DNA of 33,353 nucleotides from a virus (IMGVR_UViG_2874951433_000004), one strand, 5' to 3'; positions 18,350 to 30,012 are shown, counted from the stretch's first letter. Notes: generated by a model from the sequence alone, not told the origin. Numbers and translations: made by a program.

Positions 18350-18736
18350 ATGTTTCTGAAACAGGATACGTTTAATTATGAAAAACAGTCCGTGGTGCTC
18401 AGTGAGCTGTCCGGGCTGCAGAGAATTGAATATCTGACGTTTGTTCAGCAGCGAACGGCAAAGTTTGATGCACAGGAGGGAGAACTGCCGGAGGCTGAAC
18501 GACAGATTGCTTTTCTGCGTATGGGAATGGATATCAATGCCTGGCTGGTTTCCCGCTCACTGTGGAATGCTGAGCAGTCTCAGGATGTTGAGACGCTTTG
18601 CGCATCCATTATGACAACATGGTCGTATGATGCGCTGGGCGCGGGGGCGGAGAGGGTTCTGTCGCTGAGCGGTATGGGGACCATTGAGAATGCCGGGGAT
18701 GATGATCATGAGGCGCTGACGCCGGAAAAGTCCTGA
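18350..18736 (+). CDS. G: lambda G-like tail assembly chaperone
   Basis: In frame within ORF 18332..18736; MFLK start 5 nt after GGAGA; matches lambda G N-terminus as remembered. Confidence 0.75.
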   Translation: MFLKQDTFNYEKQSVVLSELSGLQRIEYLTFVQQRTAKFDAQEGELPEAERQIAFLRMGMDINAWLVSRSLWNAEQSQDVETLCASIMTTWSYDALGAGAERVLSLSGMGTIENAGDDDHEALTPEKS

Positions 18737-19074
18737 CGCGGGAAATGCAGTTTGTCATGCGGCTTGCCCGGGAGTTCCGGCGGGCAGACTGGCGGCGGAT
18801 GCTGTCGGATATGTCGGCCACTGAGCTTGGTGAGTGGGGCGATTATTTCCGGATGCAGAGCTTCAGTGATGTGTGGATGGATGCGCAGTTTGCCTCGCTG
18901 AAGGCATTGATCGTGAGAATGGTGTCCGGCAGCAGCGATGCTGCGGTGGCTGATTTCAGCCTTTTACCGGAAGAGAACGGGATACCGGAGCGAACGGACG
19001 AAGAACTGATGCATCTTGGGGAAGGTATTTCCGGAGGTGTGCGTTATGGACCAGATAGCCAACCTGGTCATTGA
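18724..19074 (+). CDS. T: T segment of the G-T tail assembly chaperone, expected to be reached by -1 frameshift from G
   Basis: -1 frame relative to G stays open from 18724 to 19074 (ORF track 18745..19074); overlap contains GGAAAAG near the G stop; fusion inferred from the lambda paradigm. Confidence 0.5.
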   Translation, partial: GKVLTREMQFVMRLAREFRRADWRRMLSDMSATELGEWGDYFRMQSFSDVWMDAQFASLKALIVRMVSGSSDAAVADFSLLPEENGIPERTDEELMHLGEGISGGVRYGPDSQPGH

Positions 19075-22000
19075 TTTGGGGATTGATGCGGCAGAGTTTA
19101 AAAATGAAATTCCCCGTATCAAAAACCTTCTGAATGGTGCAGCCAGCGATGCAGAACGGTCTTCTGCCCGTATGCAGCGTTTTATGGAGCGTCAGACTCA
19201 GGCGGCCCGGCAGACAATGCAGGCGGCTTCTTCGGCTGCAACAGCAGCATCAGCCCATGCGCAGACGGTGGAGAAGAATGCACGGGCTCATGAACGCATG
19301 GCCCGTGAGGTGGAACAAACCCGTCTGCGCGTGGATGCCCTGAATCAGAAAATGCGCGAGGAACAGGCGCAGGCCAGGGCACTGGCGGAGGCGCAGGATA
19401 AAGCGGCTGCCGCCTTTTATCGCCAGATTGACAGTGTGAAACAGGCCGGTGCGGGGCTTCAGGAATTACAGCGTATTCAGCAGCAGATCCGACAGGCCAG
19501 AAACAGTGGCGGGGTTGGTCAGCAGGATTATCTGGCGCTGATTTCGGAGATCACGGCGAAAACCCGTGCCCTGACGCAGGCAGAGGAACAGGCCACCCGG
19601 CAGAAAGCGGCGTTTATCCGCCAGCTTAAAGAGCAGGCAACCCGCCAGAATCTGTCGTCTTCTGAGTTGCTTCGCGCCAGGGCGGCTCAGCTGGGGGTAA
19701 GCAGTGCTGCAGAAGTGTATATCCGCAAAATGGAGCGGGCAGGAAAAGCCACACATTCGCTGGGGCTGAAAAGTGCGGCAGCCCGGCGGGAGCTGGGGGT
19801 GTTAATCAGTCAGATGGCGCGCGGCAATTTTGGTGCGCTGAGGGGATCCGGGATAACGCTGGCTAACCGTGCCGGATGGACAGGCGCACTGATGTCGCCG
19901 AAAGGCATGATGACTGGCGGCGTTATTGGCGGACTTGTCGCGGCGGTCCTGGGTCTGGGTAAAGCCTGGCATGACGGCCGGAAGGAGGGCGAGAAATTTA
20001 ACCGTCAGCTGGCGCTGACGGGACATTATGCCGGTGTCACTGTCGGGCAGTTGTGGAAACTCAGCCGGGCCATATCCGGGATATGGTATCACGCAACATG
20101 CGGCAGCCGGTGCGCTGGCACAGGTGGTGGGCAGTGGGGCATTTCATGGAAACGATATTGGTATGGTGGCGAAAGCTGCCGCACAGATGGAGCGATCGGT
20201 TGGCCAGTCGGTCAGCGATACCATAAATCAGTTTAAGCGGCTGAAGGATGATCCTGTAAATGCCGCGAAGGCGCTGGACAATGCGCTGCATTTTTTGAAT
20301 GCCACTCAGCTTGAGCAGATACGCGTCCTTGGGGAGCAGGGGCTGTCCAGTGATGCGGCCCGGATCGCCATGTCTGCGCTGGCAGAGGAAACCGGTAAAC
20401 GCACATCTGATATTGATAATAATCTCAATGCGCTGGGTAGTACGCTGCAAACCTTGTCTGACTGGTGGAAGCAGTTCTGGGATGCGGCCATGAATATTGG
20501 TCGTGAAGACTCGCTGGATGCGCAGATTGATGCGTTACAGGAAAAAATTCAGCGCGCGAAAAAATATCCGTGGACAAACGCCTCCACACAGGTGGAGTAC
20601 GATCAGCAGCGTCTTAACGATCTTCAGGAGAAAAAACGCCGGAAGGATTTGCAGGATGCAAAAGCGCAGGCAGAACGGAATTACCAGGAGCAACAGAAAC
20701 GCCGGAATGCTGAAAATGCCGCGCTGAACCGGATGAATGAAACGGAAGCTGCACGACATCAGCGGGAAATTGCGCGTATTAATGCCATGCAGTACGCCGA
20801 CCAGGCTGTCAGGGATGCGGCGATACATCGTGAAAATGAACGTTACGAAAAAGCCATTAAGAAAAATACACGGGCAACCCGTAATGATGAGGCCACCCGG
20901 TTATTGCTGCAGTACAGTCAGCAGCAGGCACAGGTGGAAGGGCAGATTGCTGCTGCCAGACAGTCAGCAGGCATTGCCACTGAAAGGATGACTGAAGCGC
21001 ATAAACAGCTTCTGGCCCTGCAGCAGCGCATCAGCGACCTGGACGGGAAAAAGCTGACGGCAGATGAAAAGAGTGTGCTGGCCCGTAAGAATGAGCTGAT
21101 TCAGGCGCTGACGCTGCTGGATGTGAAACAGCAGGAGCTGCAGAAACAGACAGCGCTTAACGACCTGAGAAAAAAAACGGTTCAGCTGACCAGCCAGCTG
21201 GCAGACAAAGAACGTGCACTGCGTGAGCAGCACAATCTGGATATTGCCACTGCAGGTATGGGGGATAAGCAGCGGCAGCGCTACCAGGCACAGTTGCGCA
21301 TCCGGCAGGAATACCGGCAACAGTTGCAACAGCTTGAGAATGACAGTCGCCAGAAAGGCACTTACGGGACGGAGGACTACCGGAGGGCTGAGGAGGTGCT
21401 GAAGGGGAGCCTGAAGCGACAACTGAATGAAAACAAACGCTACTGGCAGGAACTGGAAGTGGCGCAGGGCGACTGGAAAAACGGTGCCATGCGGGCGTTT
21501 CAGAATTTTACGGCGGATGCGGATAATGCGGCGGGAACGGCAGAACAGATGTTTACAGTGGCATTCAGCAGTGCCGGTAATGCACTGGCGACATTCTGTA
21601 CCACCGGTAAGCTGAATTTTAAATCCTTCACCTCTTCCCTGTTGTCAGATATGGCCAGAATTATGGCACAGATGGCCATGATGCAGGCGGTAAAGGGCGT
21701 CGGTTCTTTATTCGGCTTCACGACTAATGCTGATGGCGGTGTTTACCAGTCTGCTGATTTGAGTCGCTACAGTGGCACGGTGGTTAACCGTCCGACGTTT
21801 TTTGCTTTTGCAAAAGGCGCGGGGGTGATGGGGGAAGCGGGACCTGAAGCCATTCTGCCACTGCGTCGCGGTGCTGATGGTAAGCTGGGGGTTGTGGCGG
21901 ATACTGGTGGTTCAGGCATGGTGATGTTTGCCCCGCAGTACAACATTGAGATCAATAACGACGGCACGAACGGGCAGATAGGTCCGGCTGCCCTGAAGGT

Positions 22001-22088
22001 GGTTTATGACCTCGGGAAAAAAGCGGCCGCGGACTTTATGCAACAGCAGGCCCGTGATGGTGGCCGGTTAAGTGGAGCATACCGGTAA
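19046..22088 (+). pseudogene. H: lambda H-like tail tape measure protein, interrupted by a frameshift near 20066-20090
   Basis: Two overlapping ORFs in different frames (19016..20236 and 20028..22088) together span an H-like protein; C-terminus matches lambda H (...NNDGTNGQIGPAALK.VYD...); probable start ATG 19046. Confidence 0.6.
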
Positions 22089-23029
22089 TGGAGACGTTTC
22101 ACTGGAAAGTGCGCCCGGATATGAATGTGGTATCAGAGCCGAAAGTGGTGACAGTGAAGCTGGGCGATGGTTATGAACAGCGTCGTGCGGCGGGACTGAA
22201 TAACCAGTTGTCGACTTACAGCGTGACGATACGTGTTCGTAAAGGTGAACACCCATCTTTAAAAGCCTTTCTGGAACGGCACGGTGGCGTCCGCGCATTT
22301 CAGTGGACGCCACCTTATGACTGGAAACTGATGCAGGATATCCGGCAGGAAACACTGAATGAATGCACCCGTGCGGAGCAGTCAGCCCGGGTGGAGCTCT
22401 GGGAAATCGATCTGACAGAGGTCGGTGGTGAGCGTTATTTTTTCTGTAATGAGCAGAACGAAAAAGGTGAGCCGGTCACCTGGCAGGGGCGGCAGTATCA
22501 GGCATACCCCATTCAGGGGTCGGGGTTTGAACTGAACGGCAGGGGCTGTGCTGCCCGTCCGACACTGACGGTCTCTAACCTGCACGGCATGGTCACCGGG
22601 ATGGCGGAAGATCTGCAGAGTCTGGTCGGCGGAACGGTGGTCCGGCGTAAGGTTTACGCCCGTTTTCTGGATGCGGTGAACTTCGTCAACGGAAACAGCG
22701 ACGCCGATCCGGAACAGGAGGTGATCAGCCGCTGGCGCATCGAGCAGTGCAGCGAACTGAGCGCGGTCAGTGCCTCTTTTGTGCTGGCCACACCAACGGA
22801 GACGGATGGCGCGGTTTTCCCGGGGCGTATCATGCTGGCGAATACCTGTATGTGGACTTACCGTTCTGATGAGTGTGGTTACACGGGCAGGGCAGTGGCT
22901 GACGAGTTCGACAAACCAACAACGGATATCCGGAAGGACAAATGCAGCAAGTGTATGCGCGGGTGTGAGTTGCGCAACAATACCGGTAATTTCGGCGGTT
23001 TCCTTTCCATCAATAAACTTTCTCAGTAA
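22088..23029 (+). CDS. in-frame fusion of lambda M-like (N-terminal about 80 aa) and L-like (full length) minor tail proteins
   Basis: ORF track 313 aa: N-terminus resembles lambda M (…FRWKV…GDGY…TYSVT…WTPPY.W); from ...LMQDIRQETLNECTRAEQ onward it is lambda L-like; the M C-terminus and M/L intergenic region are absent. Confidence 0.65.
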   Translation: METFHWKVRPDMNVVSEPKVVTVKLGDGYEQRRAAGLNNQLSTYSVTIRVRKGEHPSLKAFLERHGGVRAFQWTPPYDWKLMQDIRQETLNECTRAEQSARVELWEIDLTEVGGERYFFCNEQNEKGEPVTWQGRQYQAYPIQGSGFELNGRGCAARPTLTVSNLHGMVTGMAEDLQSLVGGTVVRRKVYARFLDAVNFVNGNSDADPEQEVISRWRIEQCSELSAVSASFVLATPTETDGAVFPGRIMLANTCMWTYRSDECGYTGRAVADEFDKPTTDIRKDKCSKCMRGCELRNNTGNFGGFLSINKLSQ

Positions 23030-23033
23030 ATCC

Positions 23034-23777
23034 ATGACACAGACAGAATCAGCGATTCTGGCGCACGCCCGGCGATGTGCGCCAGCGGAGTCGTGTGGCT
23101 TCGTGGTGAGAACGCCGGAGGGAGACAGGTATCTTCCCAGCGAGAATATCTCCGGTGAGCCGGAGGAACGGTTCCGGATGGCTCCGGAGGACTGGCTGCG
23201 GGCACAAATGCAGGGTGAGATTGTGGCACTGGTCCACAGTCATCCCGGTGGTCTGCCCTGGCTGAGTGAGGCTGACCGGCGGCTGCAGGTGCAGAGTGAT
23301 TTGCCGTGGTGGCTGGTCTGCCGGGGGGCGATTCACAAGTTCCGCTGTGTGCCGCATCTCACCGGGCGGCGCTTTGAGCACGGGGTGACGGACTGTTACA
23401 CGCTGTTCCGGGATGCTTATCATCTGGCGGGGATTGAGATGCCGGATTTTCATCGCGGGGATGACTGGTGGCGTCACGGTCAGAATCTCTATCTGGATAA
23501 TCTGGAGGCCACAGGGCTGTATCAGGTGCCGTTGTCATCAGCACAACCGGGCGATGTGCTGCTGTGCTGTTTTGGTTCATCGGTGCCGAATCATGCCGCC
23601 ATTTACTGCGGCGATGGTGAGCTGCTGCACCATATTCCTGAACAACTGAGTAAACGAGAGAGGTATACCGACAAATGGCAGCGACGCACACACTCCCTCT
23701 GGCGTCACCGGGAGTGGCACGCATCTGCCTTTACGGGGATTTGCAACGATTTGGCCGCCGCATCGACCTTCGTGTGA
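23034..23777 (+). CDS. K: lambda K-like tail assembly protein
   Basis: ATG 23034 in frame within ORF 22770..23777; MTQTESAILAHARRCAPAESCGFVV... matches lambda K. Confidence 0.85.
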   Translation: MTQTESAILAHARRCAPAESCGFVVRTPEGDRYLPSENISGEPEERFRMAPEDWLRAQMQGEIVALVHSHPGGLPWLSEADRRLQVQSDLPWWLVCRGAIHKFRCVPHLTGRRFEHGVTDCYTLFRDAYHLAGIEMPDFHRGDDWWRHGQNLYLDNLEATGLYQVPLSSAQPGDVLLCCFGSSVPNHAAIYCGDGELLHHIPEQLSKRERYTDKWQRRTHSLWRHREWHASAFTGICNDLAAASTFV

Positions 23778-24316
23778 AAACGGGGGCTGAAGCCATCCGC
23801 GCACTGGCCACACAGCTCCCGGCGTTTCGTCAGAAACTGAGTGACGGCTGGTATCAGGTGCGCATTGCCGGGCGTGATGCAGGTGAAACCGAATTGTCTG
23901 CCCGTCTTAATGAGCCGCTGGCAAATGGTGCAGTGATCCACATAGTACCGCGTCTGGTGGGAGCTAAAAGTGGCGGTGTGTTTCAGGCGGTGCTGGGGGC
24001 AGCTGTTATGGCGGTTGCTATATGGATGCCGGGGGTAGGAATTATGGCGAGTAATCTGCTGTTTTCTCTCGGTGCCAGTATGACGCTTGGCGGTGTTGCA
24101 CAGATGCTGGCACCGAAAGCCAGAACTCCCCGTACACAGACAACGGATAACGGCAAACAGAACACCTGTTTCTCCTCACTGGATAACATGGTTGCCCAGG
24201 GCAATGTTCTGCCTGTTCTGTACGGTGAAATGCGCGTGGGGTCGCGGGTGGTATCTCAGGAGATCAGCACGGCAGACGAAGGGGATGGTGGTCAGGTTGT
24301 GGTGATTGGTCGCTGA
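23675..24316 (+). CDS. I: lambda I-like tail assembly protein
   Basis: ORF track 213 aa; MAATHTLPLASPG.ARICLYGDLQRFGRRIDL... matches lambda I; overlaps K end as in lambda. Confidence 0.85.
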   Translation: MAATHTLPLASPGVARICLYGDLQRFGRRIDLRVKTGAEAIRALATQLPAFRQKLSDGWYQVRIAGRDAGETELSARLNEPLANGAVIHIVPRLVGAKSGGVFQAVLGAAVMAVAIWMPGVGIMASNLLFSLGASMTLGGVAQMLAPKARTPRTQTTDNGKQNTCFSSLDNMVAQGNVLPVLYGEMRVGSRVVSQEISTADEGDGGQVVVIGR

Positions 24317-24376
24317 TGCAAAATGTTTCATGTGAAACCGCCTGCGGGCGGTTTTGTCGTTTATGGAGCGTGAGGA

Positions 24377-27300
24377 ATGGGTAAAGGCAGCAGTAAGGGG
24401 CATACCCCGCGCGAAGCGAAGGACAACCTGAAATCCACGCAGTTGCTGAGTGTGATTGATGCCATCAGCGAAGGGCCGGTTGACGGTCCGGTGGATGGAT
24501 TAAAAAGCGTGCTGCTGAACGGTACGCCGGTCCTGGACAGCGAGGGGAAGACAAACTTTTCCGGTGTTACGGTGGTGTTCCGCGCCGGCGAGCAGGAGCA
24601 GACACCGCCGGAGGGGTTTGAATCTTCCGGCTCAGAGACTGTGCTGGGTACGGAAGTGAAATACGACACGCCGATCACCCGGACCATCACGTCGGCAAAC
24701 ATTGATCGTCTGCGCCTGACCTTCGGTGTGCAGGCACTGGTGGAAACCACCTCAAAGGGGGACCGGAATCCGTCGGAAGTCCGCCTGCTGGTTCAGATAC
24801 AGCGTAACGGTGGCTGGGTGACGGAAAAAGACATCACCATTAAGGGCAAAACCACTTCGCAGTATCTGGCCTCGGTGGTGGTGGGTAACCTGCCGCCGCG
24901 CCCGTTTAATATCCGGATGCGCAGGATGACACCGGACAGCACCACAGACCAGCTGCAGAACAAAACGCTCTGGTCGTCGTACACCGAAATCATCGATGTG
25001 AAACAGTGCTACCCGAACACGGCGCTGGTCGGCGTGCAGGTGGATTCAGAGCAGTTCGGTAACCAGCAGGTGAGTCGCAATTATCATCTTCGCGGGCGCA
25101 TTCTGCAGGTGCCGTCGAACTATAACCCGCAGACGCGGCAATACAGCGGTATCTGGGACGGAACGCTTAAGCCAGCATACAGCAACAACATGGCCTGGTG
25201 TCTGTGGGACATGCTCACTCATCCGCGCTACGGCATGGGGAAACGTCTTGGTGCGGCAGATGTGGACAAATGGGCGCTGTATGTCATCGGCCAGTACTGC
25301 GACCAGTCAGTGCCGGACGGATTTGGCGGCACGGAGCCGCGCATCACCTGTAACGCTTACCTGACCACACAGCGTAAGGCGTGGGATGTTCTCAGTGATT
25401 TCTGCTCGGCGATGCGCTGTATGCCGGTATGGAACGGGCAGACGCTGACGTTCGTGCAGGACCGACCGTCGGATAAAGTGTGGACCTATAACCGCAGTAA
25501 TGTGGTGATGCCGGATGATGGCGCGCCGTTCCGCTACAGCTTCAGCGCCCTGAAGGACCGCCATAATGTCGTTGAGGTGAACTGGATTGATCCGGACAAC
25601 GGTCATGAGACGGCGACAGAGCTTGTGGAGGACACGCAGGCCATTGTCCGTTACGGTCGTAACGTCACGAAGATGGATGCCTTTGGCTGTACCAGCCGGG
25701 GACAGGCGCACCGCGCCGGGCTGTGGCTGATTAAAACGGAACTGCTGGAAACGCAGACCGTGGACTTCAGCGTCGGCGCAGAAGGGCTTCGCCATGTACC
25801 GGGTGATGTCATTGAAATCTGCGATGATGATTATGCCGGTATCAGCACCGGTGGTCGCGTACTGGCGGTGAACAGCCAGACCCGGACGCTGACGCTCGAC
25901 CGTGAAATCACGCTGCCGTCCTCCGGTACCACGCTGATAAGCCTGGTTGACGGAAATGGCAATCCGGTCAGCGTGGAGGTTCAGTCCGTCACCGACGGCG
26001 TGAAGGTGAAAGTGAGCCGGGTTCCTGACGGCGTTGCAGAATACAGCGTGTGGGGGCTGAAGCTGCCGACGCTGCGCCAGCGCCTGTTCCGCTGCGTGAG
26101 TATCCGTGAGAACGACGACGGCACGTATGCCATCACCGCCGTGCAGCATGTGCCGGAAAAAGAGGCCATCGTGGATAACGGGGCACACTTTGACGGTGAC
26201 CGGCGCGGCACGGTGAATGGTGTCACGCCGCCAGCGGTGCAGCATCTGACCGCCGAAGTCACCGCAGACAGCGGGGAATATCAGGTGCTGGCGCGATGGG
26301 ACACGCCGAAGGTGGTGAAGGGTGTGAGCTTCCTGCTTCGCCTGACCGTGGCAGCGGACGACGGCAGTGAGCGGCTGGTCAGCACAGCCAGGACGACGGA
26401 AACCACATACCGCTTCAGGCAGCTGGCGCTGGGGAATTACAGTCTGACAGTCCGGGCGGTAAATGCCCGGGGGCAGCAGGGCGATCCGGCGTCGGTATCG
26501 TTCCGGATTGCGGCACCGGCAGCGCCTGTCACTATTGAACTGATACCGGGGTATTTTCAGATAACGGTGGTCCCGAAACTGGCTGTATATGACCCGACGG
26601 TGCAGTTTGAGTTCTGGTTTTCGGAAAAGCGGATTGCGGATATCAGGCAGGTTGAAACCAGCGCCCGCTATCTTGGCACGGCGCTGTACTGGATAGCCGC
26701 CAGTATCAATATCAGGCCGGGCCATGATTATTATTTTTACGTTCGCAGTGTGAACACCGTTGGCAAATCGGCATTTGTGGAGGCCGTCGGTCGGGCGAGC
26801 GATGATGCGGAAGGTTATCTGAGTTTTTATAAAGGGTTGATCAATAAAACGCATCTCGGCAAGGAGTTGTGGACGCAGATTGATAACGGTCAGCTTGCGC
26901 CGGACCTGACTGAAATCAGGACGTCCATTACGAATGTCAGCAATGAAATCACGCAAACCGTCAATAAAAAACTGGAAAATCAGAGTGCTGCAATCCAGCA
27001 GATACAGAAAGTTCAGGTTGATACAAATAATAACCTGAACAGCATGTGGGCTGTGAAGCTGCAACAGATGAAGGACGGACGCCTTTATATTGCGGGTATC
27101 GGTGCCGGTATTGAGAATACGCCAGCAGGAATGCAGAGTCAGGTGCTGCTGGCGGCAGACAGGATTGCGATGATTAATCCTGCGAATGGCAACACAAAGC
27201 CGATGTTTGTTGGTCAGGGCGATCAGATATTCATGAACGACGTGTTCCTGAAACGCCTGACGGCTCCGACCATTACCAGCGGCGGTAATCCTCCGGCATT

Positions 27301-27856
27301 TTCCCTGACACCTGGCGGACGGCTGACGGCGAAAAATGCCGATATCAGCGGTAACGTGAACGCGAACTCCGGGACGCTCAACAACGTCACGATTAATAAG
27401 AACTGTCGGGTTCTGGGAAAATTGTCCGCGAACCAGATTGAAGGCGATCTCGTTAAAACAGTGGGCAAACCTTTCCCACGGGACTCCCGGGCACCGGAGA
27501 GGTGGCCATCAGGGACCATTACCGTCAGGGTTTATGACGATCAGCCGTTTGATCGGCAAATTGTTATTCCCGCGGTGGCGTTTCGCGGTGCTAAACATGA
27601 GCGGAAGAATAACAATATTTATTCGTCATGCCGCCTGATAGTGAAGAAAAACGGTGCTGAAATTTATAACCGAACGACCCTGGATAATACGCTGATATAT
27701 ACGGGTGTTATTGATATGCCTGCCGGTCACGGTCACATGACGCTGGAGTTTTCTGTATCGGCATGGCTGGTAAATGGCTGGTATCCCACAGCAAGTATCA
27801 GCGATTTGCTGGTTGTTGTGATGAAGAAATCCACAGCAGGTATCAGTATCAGCTGA
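24377..27856 (+). CDS. J: lambda J-like tail tip / host specificity protein
   Basis: ORF track 1159 aa; N-terminus and most of the length match lambda J as remembered; C-terminal region differs. Confidence 0.9.
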   Translation: MGKGSSKGHTPREAKDNLKSTQLLSVIDAISEGPVDGPVDGLKSVLLNGTPVLDSEGKTNFSGVTVVFRAGEQEQTPPEGFESSGSETVLGTEVKYDTPITRTITSANIDRLRLTFGVQALVETTSKGDRNPSEVRLLVQIQRNGGWVTEKDITIKGKTTSQYLASVVVGNLPPRPFNIRMRRMTPDSTTDQLQNKTLWSSYTEIIDVKQCYPNTALVGVQVDSEQFGNQQVSRNYHLRGRILQVPSNYNPQTRQYSGIWDGTLKPAYSNNMAWCLWDMLTHPRYGMGKRLGAADVDKWALYVIGQYCDQSVPDGFGGTEPRITCNAYLTTQRKAWDVLSDFCSAMRCMPVWNGQTLTFVQDRPSDKVWTYNRSNVVMPDDGAPFRYSFSALKDRHNVVEVNWIDPDNGHETATELVEDTQAIVRYGRNVTKMDAFGCTSRGQAHRAGLWLIKTELLETQTVDFSVGAEGLRHVPGDVIEICDDDYAGISTGGRVLAVNSQTRTLTLDREITLPSSGTTLISLVDGNGNPVSVEVQSVTDGVKVKVSRVPDGVAEYSVWGLKLPTLRQRLFRCVSIRENDDGTYAITAVQHVPEKEAIVDNGAHFDGDRRGTVNGVTPPAVQHLTAEVTADSGEYQVLARWDTPKVVKGVSFLLRLTVAADDGSERLVSTARTTETTYRFRQLALGNYSLTVRAVNARGQQGDPASVSFRIAAPAAPVTIELIPGYFQITVVPKLAVYDPTVQFEFWFSEKRIADIRQVETSARYLGTALYWIAASINIRPGHDYYFYVRSVNTVGKSAFVEAVGRASDDAEGYLSFYKGLINKTHLGKELWTQIDNGQLAPDLTEIRTSITNVSNEITQTVNKKLENQSAAIQQIQKVQVDTNNNLNSMWAVKLQQMKDGRLYIAGIGAGIENTPAGMQSQVLLAADRIAMINPANGNTKPMFVGQGDQIFMNDVFLKRLTAPTITSGGNPPAFSLTPGGRLTAKNADISGNVNANSGTLNNVTINKNCRVLGKLSANQIEGDLVKTVGKPFPRDSRAPERWPSGTITVRVYDDQPFDRQIVIPAVAFRGAKHERKNNNIYSSCRLIVKKNGAEIYNRTTLDNTLIYTGVIDMPAGHGHMTLEFSVSAWLVNGWYPTASISDLLVVVMKKSTAGISIS

Positions 27857-27923
27857 ATTTTATAACCCAGATACGGGCACCAGAAATGGTGCCTTTTTTA
27901 TTGCAGAAAAGCGAGAGGTAATT

Positions 27924-28523
27924 ATGCGTAAACTTTATGCTGCCATTTTGTCCGCAGCCATCTGTCTGGCTGTATCCGGTGCGCCTGCATGGGCGTCTGA
28001 ACATCAGTCCACGCTGAGCGCGGGGTATCTTCATGCCTCGACGAACGCTCCCGGCAGTGATGATCTGAACGGGATTAACGTGAAATACCGTTATGAGTTT
28101 ACGGACACGCTGGGGCTGGTGACGTCATTCAGCTATGCCAACGCTGAAGATGAGCAAAAAACGCATTACAGCGATACCCGCTGGCATGAGGATTCCGTGC
28201 GTAACCGCTGGTTCAGCGTGATGGCGGGGCCGTCTGTGCGCGTGAATGAATGGTTCAGCGCGTATGCGATGGCGGGCGTGGCTTACAGCCGTGTGTCGAC
28301 CTTCTCCGGGGATTATCTCCGCGTAACTGACAACAAGGGGAAAACGCACGATGTGCTGACCGGGAGTGATGACAACCGCCACAGCAACACGTCTCTGGCG
28401 TGGGGGGCTGGCGTGCAGTTTAACCCGACCGAATCCGTGGCCATTGACCTTGCTTATGAAGGTTCCGGCAGTGGCGACTGGCGCACTGACGGTTTCATCG
28501 TGGGTGTCGGTTATAAGTTCTGA
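27924..28523 (+). CDS. lom: Lom-family outer membrane protein (Ail/Lom beta-barrel)
   Basis: ORF track 199 aa; signal-peptide-like N-terminus; near-identical to lambda Lom as remembered; ends in aromatic residue (YKF). Confidence 0.9.
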   Translation: MRKLYAAILSAAICLAVSGAPAWASEHQSTLSAGYLHASTNAPGSDDLNGINVKYRYEFTDTLGLVTSFSYANAEDEQKTHYSDTRWHEDSVRNRWFSVMAGPSVRVNEWFSAYAMAGVAYSRVSTFSGDYLRVTDNKGKTHDVLTGSDDNRHSNTSLAWGAGVQFNPTESVAIDLAYEGSGSGDWRTDGFIVGVGYKF

Positions 28524-28549
28524 TTAGCCAGGTAACACAGTGTTATGAC

Positions 28550-28575
28550 AGCCCGCTGGTTCAGGCGGGCTTTTT
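28550..28575 (+). terminator. intrinsic terminator after lom (agcccgc-tggttcag-gcgggct then T run)
   Basis: 7-bp stem with GC core, T5 at 28571-28575. Confidence 0.5.
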
Positions 28576-28586
28576 GTGGGGTGAAT

Positions 28587-30002
28587 ATGGCAGTAAAGAT
28601 TTCAGGTGTACTGAAAGATGGGGCGGGTAAACCTGTCGTAAATTGTGCGATTGAACTGCGGGCCAGAAGAACCAGTCCGACCGTTGTGGCACACGTTGTT
28701 GCCACTTGCGTGACGGACAATAACGGTGCTTATGTGATTGAGGCTGAGCCGGGGTATTACGAGGTTGCGCTTCACTGTAACGGCTGGCAGCCAACCCGTG
28801 TCGGGGATATTGATGTGGCACCGACTGATGCACCGGGGACACTGAACGCGTTTCTGAATGCACCAAAGGATGGTGATTTACGTCCGGAGGTGATGAAGCG
28901 CTTTGAGGAAATGGTGGCGCAGGCGCAGCAGAGTGCCGGGGCTGCAGCCGGAAACGCACAGCAGACGGCGCAGGATGTGGCGGCAGCCGCAACGGCCCGT
29001 GATGATGCACAACGTTTTGCGGAGAAAGCCCGACAGGATGCAACCGTCACAGCTGAGGACAGAAAGGCCACTGCGGAAGATGTGACAAGCACAGGAGCAA
29101 ATGCAGCCGCAGCCGGACAGAGCGCACAGGATGCCGCAGGTTATGCCCGCGCAGCAGAACAGGCCAAAAATGACATTGATGCTGCGCTGACCGGCACTCT
29201 GAAAATGGCTAACCATCTGTCAGAAATCGCAGCAGCAGGCGAAAAGGCACAACAGAAGTCCCGGGATAATCTGGGGCTGAAAAGTGCGGCCACGATGGAA
29301 GCACAGAGCGACATTTACGACCGGACAAAAGGCCGTCTGGCGATACCCGGCGCATTCGGCTTTGGGTGTGCTTTTCTGCCTGAAGATGTTATCCGTTTTG
29401 ACACTAAGAGTGATTTCCTGGCCTGGGTAAGGAATGCGCTGCCAGGTGAATATTCCGTTGCTGGCCCCTACGGCATCATCATACCCGACACACGGTTTGA
29501 AGGGGTGCTCAGCATCCGGTGGACTGATGCACGCCCTGAGACAACAGAACCGCGGTACAGAGCCAAATCCCTTACTTTTTACGGCATTAACGGCCCCATT
29601 TATCACACCCGCTACCGCTACTGGCCCATATCCAGACTGACTGACTGGGTGAAAATAAATATAACCACAGAAGATATTATTTACAGAATCGTGGCGAGCT
29701 CTGTCCGCAACAGATGGGGAGACCCTGACATTGGCGGGCTGATTATTGCTGCGTACCAGGGAGAAGCTGACGGTGATAAAGTCATCAGACTTGTCAGGGG
29801 GCAGTCATACAGAGGCTCACGACTGGGACCGGTGGGGATTTCAGTGCCCAGTACTCCCACCGGAACGTATATAGCATCCCCACAATTTTTCATTACGGGA
29901 TGTTCAGAGCATTCATTACCAGGGTCATATTGCGCCCTGTCCGGGGTGCCGGATGCTCATGTCTCTGGCGCAATGCCCGGGCTTTTTATTCGCACATCGT
30001 GA
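28587..30002 (+). CDS. side tail fibre protein (Stf-like N-terminus with a divergent C-terminal domain)
   Basis: ATG 28587 in frame within ORF 28545..30002; MAVKISGVLKDG.GKPV.NC.I.L.ARR... and ...GTLN.FL......D.RPEV... match the lambda Stf N-terminus; Ala/Gln-rich shaft; C-terminal half not recognised. Confidence 0.7.
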   Translation: MAVKISGVLKDGAGKPVVNCAIELRARRTSPTVVAHVVATCVTDNNGAYVIEAEPGYYEVALHCNGWQPTRVGDIDVAPTDAPGTLNAFLNAPKDGDLRPEVMKRFEEMVAQAQQSAGAAAGNAQQTAQDVAAAATARDDAQRFAEKARQDATVTAEDRKATAEDVTSTGANAAAAGQSAQDAAGYARAAEQAKNDIDAALTGTLKMANHLSEIAAAGEKAQQKSRDNLGLKSAATMEAQSDIYDRTKGRLAIPGAFGFGCAFLPEDVIRFDTKSDFLAWVRNALPGEYSVAGPYGIIIPDTRFEGVLSIRWTDARPETTEPRYRAKSLTFYGINGPIYHTRYRYWPISRLTDWVKINITTEDIIYRIVASSVRNRWGDPDIGGLIIAAYQGEADGDKVIRLVRGQSYRGSRLGPVGISVPSTPTGTYIASPQFFITGCSEHSLPGSYCALSGVPDAHVSGAMPGLFIRTS

Positions 30003-30012
30003 GGAATGCACC

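Noticed and set aside
25307-27064. 585-aa ORF on the minus strand
   Set aside because: Lies entirely antisense to the J gene, whose sense frame matches lambda J across its length; long antisense ORFs are common in GC-rich coding DNA.
28561-29216. Minus-strand ORFs 28561..29043, 28772..29092, 28878..29216
   Set aside because: Antisense to the Ala/Gln-rich shaft region of the stf-like gene; repetitive GC-rich sequence yields open antisense frames.
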